From positions 31,639 through 72,055 of the forward strand of contig CAZSNJ010000001.1 of assembly GCA_964608525.1 (NCBI GenBank): DNA of 40,417 bases, written 5' to 3'. Origin of the DNA: Candidatus Woesearchaeota archaeon. Its GTDB lineage: Archaea > Nanobdellota > Nanobdellia > Pacearchaeales > GW2011-AR1. The translations under genes were made by a program, and so were the position numbers. Positions 35,357 through 40,417 of the stretch are shown here, in pieces. Position 1 is the stretch's first letter. Each line of letters starts with the position of its first letter. The notes below the pieces were generated by a model. That model saw only the letters and a program-made list of their open reading frames with translations. It searched no databases and had not been told where the DNA came from.

Positions 35357-35396
35357 AAAGGTTTAAATAATTTAATATCTACTGAATAGTAACAAA
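35357..35396 (+). promoter_or_regulatory. BRE/TATA-like box followed by the AATAGTAACAA motif at the predicted TSS
   Basis: The box aaaggtttaaataa lies at 35357-35370. The 21-nt ruler puts the TSS near 35391, inside gaatagtaacaaa (35384-35396). Confidence 0.45.
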
Positions 35397-35468
35397 AATA
35401 CTCAAATTTCAGACTCAAAACAAACTTTCTGTTTGTTTAAAAAAGTTATGAAAGGAGGTAAAAATAAG

Positions 35469-36062
35469 ATGAAAAAAGATAATAAAAAGAATTCAACAAT
35501 AAACCCCCTTAATAGAAGAAGCTTTATAAAAAGGGTGTCAGGGATTATAGGATTATTAGCTATAAATCCATCAGAAGTTTTTGGCAATACTCTCCCTCAA
35601 TCAGATACTTTAAAAAGAAAAGTTAGAGAAGTACAAAAACTTGTTTATCGTAATAAAGATAATGTAAGAAGAGGTATTAGTTCTACAGTTTATGAAAAAA
35701 CAGTGCCTTTTGATAATACCGAAGTAAAAATATTTTATTCTGAAAATGACCCGGATTGGAATATAATGGGAGTAAGTGGTATTTATATAAGAAAGATGCC
35801 AACGAAAGATCATGATGGATTTGATATTAAGGATGGTGGTGCTGATGGATTAGGAATAAAATTCAGAGATTTGGTAAAAAATACAAAATTTAATGGAAGT
35901 TTAAAACCAATGATTGTAAAAGAGTATGACATTAAAAAACTTGCATATAAGGATATCTTTGAATTAAATAAACAATACGAATCCTTTTTGGATAAAATGT
36001 TGATATCTGGTGGATTGAAAAAAGTAAATTCAACATCAACAATTGATAAAATAATTCAATAA
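35469..36062 (+). CDS. secreted hypothetical protein with a twin-arginine-like signal peptide
   Basis: The ATG at 35469 lies 9 nt after a ggaggt SD (the ORF-track TTG start is 35433). N-terminus MKKDNKKNSTINPLNRRSFIKRVSGIIGLLAINPSEVFG has an RR-x-F-x-K motif, a hydrophobic core and a cleavage-like end. Confidence 0.6.
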   Translation: MKKDNKKNSTINPLNRRSFIKRVSGIIGLLAINPSEVFGNTLPQSDTLKRKVREVQKLVYRNKDNVRRGISSTVYEKTVPFDNTEVKIFYSENDPDWNIMGVSGIYIRKMPTKDHDGFDIKDGGADGLGIKFRDLVKNTKFNGSLKPMIVKEYDIKKLAYKDIFELNKQYESFLDKMLISGGLKKVNSTSTIDKIIQ

Positions 36063-36088
36063 TACTTTATTTTTTATTCTCTAAAAAT

Positions 36089-36124
36089 AGAGAAACCCTA
36101 AAAAGTTTCTCTTTTTACTTTTTT
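36089..36124. terminator. hairpin plus T-run between convergent genes
   Basis: agagaaac (36089-36096) pairs with gtttctct (36105-36112), giving an 8-bp stem and an 8-nt loop. It is followed by ttttactttttt. Confidence 0.45.
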
Positions 36125-36153
36125 CAAGAATTTTCAACAAACTAAAAAATTTT

Positions 36154-37689
36154 TTAAGCTTTATACCTAACTTTATCATACCAAACCTTAAAACTAGATG
36201 GGAAAGAATGATAAATAGGCTTTAGTACTCTTTCTCTAAAAGAATCATAGATTTCTACAAAATATAATATAAAATAAGTAAATCCAACATATCTAAGATT
36301 TTTTCTAATTCTTGTATGACTTAATAACCAATTAATTAAAAAATTAGGCATAGGCCCAAATCTAGTCTTTGTAACAGACCCCCTCATTAAATTAAGAATT
36401 AAAATTGGATAAGCATTTTTACCCTTAAGCTTAATATGCTTTGCTCTATCCCAATAATTAAGCTGATATGCTGCATCTGATTCTTTTTTTATTAATCCAT
36501 CTATTTTTGCTCTAGTATAAAGTTTGGTTCCTGGAAAAAATACTAGATTATTGACTGATAAAAAATACGGTTTTTTTAATTTTTGCAAGAGTCTTATTAA
36601 ATTAATAACATCTTCAGTAGATTCATAGGGATTGCATGTTATAGTATCATACATCACTGCAAGTTTATCTTTATATTTATTAATAATTTTACTTGCTCTG
36701 ATTATTGCCTCGTCTGATTGTGCACGGTGATAAATTTCCTTGTTTGTTCTTTCTGTTCCTTGTATTCCTATAATTATGTCTGTACATCCTGCATCTACAA
36801 GTAATTTAATTTTTTCATCCGTTATTGTTTTTGGATCTGCAAGACACTTAAATCTCATATTTATTTTTTCTTTATATAATTTACAGAATTTCTTTATGTC
36901 ATCTAAACTTCTTAATGAAAAAGTATCATCTCTTATATCAAAATAGCCAAGTGTTGGAAATTTCTTTTTAAGTTCAAGTATTCCATCTATTATGTATTCT
37001 GGAGAATGCCATCTTAAAACTTTTTTTCTCTTTCCCTTATAAAGTTCATTAAAAAGACTATTACTACAATAATCACATCCATAAGGGCAACCACGTCCTG
37101 TTAAGAAAAAAATTTGCCCATCTAAATCATTTTCTTTAAATTTTCTAATTCTAGAATTATCCAAAATATAATGGTCTTTAATATCATAATCAGGAAGAGG
37201 CAATATATCTAGATTATCAATTAAATTCCTTACTGGATTTTTAATTATTTTATTTTCTTTTTTTATCCAAAGATTTTGTATATTATCTATTTTCTTTTTT
37301 TTATCTATCGCATTTGCTAAATCTAAAATTGCGTCTTCTGCTTCTCCAACACAAATAATATCAGAATGTTTTATACAATCTTGTGGAGAAATTGTTGAAT
37401 GAACTCCACCATAAATTATTGGAATATTTAGTCGTCTTTTTAAGAAATTTATTATTCTTGTTGCTCTATTAGCCGTTGATGCAAAAGAATTTATTCCAAT
37501 TAAATCGCTTCCACTACAGATTCTTTCTAATTGCAATAATTCTGATTTTATATAATTTCTTGAATAATCTTCACTTAATTTCATAAAAACTATTTTTACT
37601 TTGTGTCCTTCTCTTTTTAAAACAGCTGAAATTGTTCTTATCCCTTGATCAGACGGGTAGGTTGTAGGAGAGATTAATGTTATCTTCAT
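36154..37689 (-). CDS. B12-binding-domain radical SAM enzyme (class B-like), second copy
   Basis: N-terminal cobalamin-domain-like region (KITLISP...LIGINSFAST...IIYGGVHSTISP...ICVGEAED), followed by GRGCPYGCDYC (CxxxCxxC). Confidence 0.85.
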   Translation of the reverse strand: MKITLISPTTYPSDQGIRTISAVLKREGHKVKIVFMKLSEDYSRNYIKSELLQLERICSGSDLIGINSFASTANRATRIINFLKRRLNIPIIYGGVHSTISPQDCIKHSDIICVGEAEDAILDLANAIDKKKKIDNIQNLWIKKENKIIKNPVRNLIDNLDILPLPDYDIKDHYILDNSRIRKFKENDLDGQIFFLTGRGCPYGCDYCSNSLFNELYKGKRKKVLRWHSPEYIIDGILELKKKFPTLGYFDIRDDTFSLRSLDDIKKFCKLYKEKINMRFKCLADPKTITDEKIKLLVDAGCTDIIIGIQGTERTNKEIYHRAQSDEAIIRASKIINKYKDKLAVMYDTITCNPYESTEDVINLIRLLQKLKKPYFLSVNNLVFFPGTKLYTRAKIDGLIKKESDAAYQLNYWDRAKHIKLKGKNAYPILILNLMRGSVTKTRFGPMPNFLINWLLSHTRIRKNLRYVGFTYFILYFVEIYDSFRERVLKPIYHSFPSSFKVWYDKVRYKA

Positions 37690-37758
37690 ATTTAAACAAG
37701 AATAAATGGGTTTTATAAGGATTACTTAGATATCCTTAAACAAGATGTGTTAATTAAA

Positions 37759-37787
37759 TAATAGTAACAATGGAAAGATTTATAAAT
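37759..37787 (+). promoter_or_regulatory. shared upstream motif ATAATAGTAACAAT plus BRE/TATA-like box
   Basis: ataatagtaacaat (37759-37772) is followed by aaagatttataaat (37774-37787). The ruler predicts a TSS near 37808, 28 nt before the ATG at 37836. Confidence 0.5.
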
Positions 37788-37835
37788 ATAGTTATTGAAG
37801 TAATGTCTGTAAAAACTAATTAAATAACAAAAAAA

Positions 37836-38216
37836 ATGAAAAAGATAAAAATAACTAAGGATGAGAAAGAACTAGAAGGGGAAATAAAAAAGGGAAATGT
37901 GACCTTATTTGGAAATTCGGCACATATTCCTTTTAGTAAGAAACATCTAGCAAAAAAAGTTTCAGTAATAATTCCTAGTAATCCTAGATATATTTGGTTA
38001 TTAACAGAATCTGAAAAAAGAAAATTAATTAATATAGCGTCTAAAGTAGTTAAAAAAGAAAATGGAAAACTAGAACATTATAGGCAAGGATTAATTAAGG
38101 ATCTTTCAGATGAAAGTTTTAATTTAGATTCTTTAATAAAGATTATTTCTCTTTTAGAATTAAAAGAAAAAGAAATAAAATTAGTAAAAAGAATTAAAAA
38201 ACTATATAATATATAA
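37836..38216 (+). CDS. hypothetical protein with an AbrB/SpoVT-like (DUF2080-type) N-terminal signature
   Basis: NVTLFGNSAHIPFSKKHLAKKVSVIIP resembles the swapped-hairpin GNS.H.P...GK.V.V pattern of small archaeal proteins. This is from memory and not verified. The C-terminal half is helical. Confidence 0.5.
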   Translation: MKKIKITKDEKELEGEIKKGNVTLFGNSAHIPFSKKHLAKKVSVIIPSNPRYIWLLTESEKRKLINIASKVVKKENGKLEHYRQGLIKDLSDESFNLDSLIKIISLLELKEKEIKLVKRIKKLYNI

Positions 38217-38300
38217 GATGGTGTGGACTGATTTTATAACAAATCATACAACAGGAATTGCATGGACTTTAATAATTGCAGTTCTATTTTATAGGTTTAT

Positions 38301-38573
38301 TTATTTACCTTTAGCTAATGAAGGAAAGTCTTTAGACTCTGAGATAGATAAACAATAATAAAATCTTGTTCTTCTCCAGGGAGAATCCCATCCTAGTAAT
38401 TGTGCTACTTGATGTCTATCTAACTCTATACATTTAATCTCATCAAACTTTAATAATGTATTTAATATTCTAGATATTAAAACTTCATTGACCTTCAATA
38501 TCTTTGCTATTTGTGATCTACTTAAAGGTTTATTACTCTTCTGTAAAACATCAATCACCTCCTGCTGACCCAC
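38301..38573 (-). CDS. winged helix-turn-helix DNA-binding protein
   Basis: 90 aa with a GTG start. QEVIDVLQKSNKPLSRSQIAKILKVNEVLISRILNTLLKFDEIKCIE is a typical wHTH (MarR/ArsR-like) layout. Confidence 0.6.
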   Translation of the reverse strand: MGQQEVIDVLQKSNKPLSRSQIAKILKVNEVLISRILNTLLKFDEIKCIELDRHQVAQLLGWDSPWRRTRFYYCLSISESKDFPSLAKGK

Positions 38574-38590
38574 TTATAAATTACCTCCCA

Positions 38591-38827
38591 TTATATATTA
38601 ACATCTATTGTTTGTCTATTTAGTTTACCTAAGTTAATATTAACATATTGAGAATTAGAATCTAAACAATTACATTGACTAAAACCATGTCTCTCCATTC
38701 CATAGATTATTGCATCTTGTTTTATAAGATTAATGTTATTTATAAGAATTACAATTAGTAAAACTAATAAACAGATTAATATAAATACTACTAACAAAAT
38801 TAAATATTCTCTTTTATCTTTATCCAT
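38591..38827 (-). CDS. small membrane-anchored protein
   Basis: 78 aa with an N-terminal TM helix (YLILLVVFILICLLVLLIVILI) and a C-terminal region with QCNCLD. Confidence 0.45.
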   Translation of the reverse strand: MDKDKREYLILLVVFILICLLVLLIVILINNINLIKQDAIIYGMERHGFSQCNCLDSNSQYVNINLGKLNRQTIDVNI

Positions 38828-38828
38828 A

Positions 38829-38972
38829 TTATCTAGTTAAAAACCTCCATATTATTTTTAATACTATGTAAATTCCCATTATCCAAACAAACCACATATA
38901 GTCTTTAGATCCTATCCAAAAGAATCCTGCAACTAAAGTAACTATGATAAAATCTTTACTTAGTCCCAGCAT
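38829..38972 (-). CDS. very small two-TM ORF
   Basis: Hand-translated 47 aa: MLGLSKDFIIVTLVAGFFWIGSKDYMWFVWIMGIYIVLKIIWRFLTR. Its stop lies 1 nt before the next ATG. Confidence 0.3.
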   Translation of the reverse strand: MLGLSKDFIIVTLVAGFFWIGSKDYMWFVWIMGIYIVLKIIWRFLTR

Positions 38973-39126
38973 CTTTTTTGTCCTCTGGTTTTTTTGTTAA
39001 TGCTTCAATCATTCCTCTTCCAAAAGAATCATCTATTTGAGCATAATTAATTCCAATTGAAGCATTACACATTTCTATGAAATCTCTTTCTGAATGTCTG
39101 CCCTCATTAAATCTTGTCATTTCCAT
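38956..39126 (-). CDS. very small ORF
   Basis: Hand-translated 56 aa: MEMTRFNEGRHSERDFIEMCNASIGINYAQIDDSFGRGMIEALTKKPEDKKDAGTK. It overlaps the start of the downstream 47-aa ORF. Confidence 0.3.
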   Translation of the reverse strand: MEMTRFNEGRHSERDFIEMCNASIGINYAQIDDSFGRGMIEALTKKPEDKKDAGTK

Positions 39127-39181
39127 AAAAATATGTCCCTTAAGAACCTTATAATGTTTTTGGTATGATGCAATTATAGAA

Positions 39182-39595
39182 TTACGACAGCTTTTGTTGT
39201 TTAACAGAACATAAAATTTCAGGGGCTTTGCAGTAGCTCATGGGGGGCTTGAAACCTGCAATGTTCTCTGTAGAAATTTCAGGGATATATTTCTTCGGAT
39301 TAGAAACTTGAAAAGCAATCGGATAATCTCCTGACTCAAGATATGGAACAACTTCATTTTTTTTGTAACAAATATCCTTTTTTGTTTTATTCCAAATATC
39401 ATTTGCTGTCCCAATTAATACCTTACCAACAATAAACTCCCCTATTAATTTCTTGTTTGGAGCTGTCGCATAAAGAATAATTTTATCACCTACATTTATT
39501 TTGCTTTTTCTTCTCCTATATTCCCACATTGATTTTCCATTTAGAAGATTTAAACCATACTCTTCTTTAATGCTCATTACATAAATATTCATCAT
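39182..39595 (-). CDS. ASCH (PUA-like) domain protein
   Basis: SIKEEYGLNLLNGKSMWEYRRRKSKINVGDKIILYATAPNKKLIGEFIVGKV matches the ASCH pattern (SI.P.Y...I..G.K..E.R....GD....Y.....I.G). Confidence 0.65.
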   Translation of the reverse strand: MMNIYVMSIKEEYGLNLLNGKSMWEYRRRKSKINVGDKIILYATAPNKKLIGEFIVGKVLIGTANDIWNKTKKDICYKKNEVVPYLESGDYPIAFQVSNPKKYIPEISTENIAGFKPPMSYCKAPEILCSVKQQKLS

Positions 39596-39649
39596 AATAA
39601 CTTAAAATTTAGATTATATAAAAAACTTCTTCTTTTAAAAAAAGAAGCA

Positions 39650-39885
39650 AAAGCGAGTCTGCCACCCCCAAAAGATTATTTCTATTTTCTTTTTTGCACC
39701 GAAGGTGTACCTCTTCGAGGCAGAAAAAAAGAAACAAAAAGGCGACGACAAACCCCTAATAAAAATAATAAAATAGTCCCGACGACTTTGAGTTTTCCCT
39801 TCGGCATCGTTGCACTAAAACTCAATCCCTAACGAAGAGTTTAACAGCGATTAAAAGATTACGAAGCCTTGCAGGCCCTCACTTT
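39650..39885. ncRNA. candidate structured RNA, block A (class and strand unresolved)
   Basis: No ORF and locally GC-enriched. Stems: tctgcc 39658-63 with ggcaga 39719-24; cacc-gaa-ggtg 39697-707; cctc-ttc-gagg 39710-20; 9-bp ttgagtttt 39788-96 with aaaactcaa 39817-25; gcct-tgc-aggc 39866-76. T-runs lie at both ends. Confidence 0.4.
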
Positions 39886-40013
39886 TTCTTAGAAGACTTT
39901 TTCTTCTTAGCTAATTTTTTAAGTTTTTCAACTTTACTTTGTTTATTCCTTTTTCTAGAAGATCTACATTGTTTTTTAACAACTTTCTTTTTTATTTGTT
40001 TTTTCTTTACCAT
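39879..40013 (-). CDS. 44-aa polybasic ORF (possibly spurious)
   Basis: Hand-translated: MVKKKQIKKKVVKKQCRSSRKRNKQSKVEKLKKLAKKKKSSKKK. It lies in the AT-rich spacer between the two structured blocks. A/T-run composition alone could generate it. Confidence 0.25.
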   Translation of the reverse strand: MVKKKQIKKKVVKKQCRSSRKRNKQSKVEKLKKLAKKKKSSKKK

Positions 40014-40024
40014 TTTTTTAAATT

Positions 40025-40245
40025 AAAGGGCTCGGTGAGGAAGTGCCACAAACAATGACTGAATTAATCCTAATCTACCAGTTTGTTTTAATGGTTATCT
40101 CCCTCGCACTGTAAGAAGCTTAAAGAGTACAGATTTCATATGGCGAGTTATAGCCCTTCCACCACATTAATAGCCAAATACTCAACAGAGGCTGAACAGT
40201 TGCATCCTTTTCAAGGACAACCGATAGTTAATTCAGTCAACAATA
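40025..40245. ncRNA. candidate structured RNA, block B (class unresolved, minus strand slightly favoured)
   Basis: No ORF and GC-enriched. Stems: ctcgc 40103-07 with gcgag 40143-47, enclosing ctgta 40109-13 with tacag 40128-32; gttg 40198-201 with caac 40219-22, enclosing tcctt-ttc-aagga 40205-17; acca 40077-80 with tggt 40092-95. Confidence 0.4.
40056..40239. repeat. perfect 12-bp inverted repeat bounding a 160-bp core, flanked by ACAA direct repeats
   Basis: tgactgaattaa at 40056-40067 is the exact reverse complement of ttaattcagtca at 40228-40239. acaa occurs immediately outside both arms, at 40052-55 and 40240-43. Confidence 0.6.
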
Positions 40246-40259
40246 GTATTTAAAGATTT
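40246..40259 (-). promoter_or_regulatory. BRE/TATA-like box on the minus strand pointing into block B
   Basis: The minus strand reads aaatctttaaatac, identical to the 14-mer at 17610-17623. The 21-nt ruler predicts a TSS near 40225 with no ATG there. Confidence 0.35.
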
Positions 40260-40417
40260 GCATTAACTAAGAGATTATAGCCTCCAATTACAATAAAAGA
40301 TAGTATAAGATCCTATTTTTAACAATTATTTCCTCATATTACAGGCCCTTTTAAAATCATTATAAATAACTTCAAAGACATAAATCTTTCTCCTCCGACG
40401 ATAAATTTAAGTTACCT

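Noticed and set aside
38218-38358. 46-aa plus-strand ORF (MVWTDFITNHTTGIAWTLIIAVLFYRFIYLPLANEGKSLDSEIDKQ) starting 1 nt after the stop of 37836-38216.
   Set aside because: The tight spacing and a TM-like segment are suggestive. However, it overlaps the 3' end of the convergent wHTH gene by 58 nt and is very short. The evidence is not enough to call it, so I leave it as a note.
40103-40147. 5S rRNA-like strings (gaagcttaaag ... gagtacag) and SRP helix-8-like strings (ggtggaaggg on the minus strand, caggccc).
   Set aside because: The spacing between the elements is wrong for 5S rRNA. The SRP GNAR tetraloop plus AGCA loop pattern is absent. The resemblance is limited to a few nucleotides.
39650-40245. 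RNase P RNA hypothesis. The minus strand of block A has a hairpin followed by AAAGUCGUCGGGAC and a 3' GGCAGACUCGCUUU, which resemble the P3-P4 region and the CR-V element. The plus strand of block B has GGAAGUGCCACAAAC and ACAGAGGCUGAAC.
   Set aside because: I could build only a 5-bp P4-like pairing in block A, found no P1/P2 partners, and could build no P4 at all in block B. The similar strings lie on opposite strands. This is not supportable without a covariance model, so the class is reported as unresolved.
1-40417. Search for CRISPR arrays, tRNA or rRNA genes, transposases, integrases, and reverse transcriptase or DGR repeats.
   Set aside because: I saw no regularly spaced direct repeats, no T-loop or acceptor-type tRNA signatures, and no ORF with DDE, tyrosine recombinase or YxDD motifs. 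The only mobile-element-like signal is the inverted repeat at 40056-40239, reported separately.

Overview
Very AT-rich, Lys-rich archaeal DNA. The gene content (eS4, eL32, eL19, SUI1, AglB, prefoldin) and compact overlapping genes suggest a small-genome DPANN-type archaeon, which is inference only. Positions 0.6-14.1 kb hold the archaeal S10-spc-secY ribosomal protein supercluster on the + strand, running from uL3 to uL15 and then SecY. I added uL29 by hand because it falls under the ORF-track length cutoff. Three non-ribosomal ORFs are wedged into this cluster with operon-tight spacing, and one of them carries an HExxH motif. The usual Rpp29 and adenylate kinase genes are absent. Positions 14.1-17.6 kb hold a DUF106/YidC-like protein, prefoldin alpha, a RelE/ParE-AbrB toxin-antitoxin pair, an eIF-2B-family protein and a SpoIIM-like membrane protein. 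Positions 17.6-23.3 kb hold a compact N-glycosylation module: a zinc ribbon, AglB with WWDYG, an Alg7/AglH-like GlcNAc-1-P transferase, a flippase-like protein and an Alg5-like GT2. Positions 23.8-37.7 kb form an accessory surface-modification region. It contains two tandem paralogs of an unrecognised family coupled to a PHP phosphoesterase, and GT2 enzymes. It also has an NPP-type phosphodiesterase divergent from a Pol-beta-type nucleotidyltransferase-like protein. The strongest candidate for a new system is here: a five-gene, translationally coupled, Arn-like operon (GT2, GT-C, SPASM-type radical SAM, SDR, B12 radical SAM). The region ends with a Tat-signal protein and a second B12 radical SAM. 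Positions 37.8-39.6 kb are an island of very small overlapping ORFs with a wHTH and an ASCH protein. Positions 39.6-40.4 kb are about 0.8 kb that is almost free of ORFs, with two GC-enriched blocks rich in helices that I could not classify. One of these blocks is bounded by a perfect 12-bp inverted repeat with 4-bp flanking direct repeats. A 14-nt BRE/TATA-like box recurs with its 3' end exactly 21 nt from the ATG of seven genes, which points to leaderless transcripts. An 11-14 nt motif (AATAGTAACAA) is shared by three accessory promoters. I found no CRISPR array, tRNA, rRNA, transposase or reverse transcriptase.
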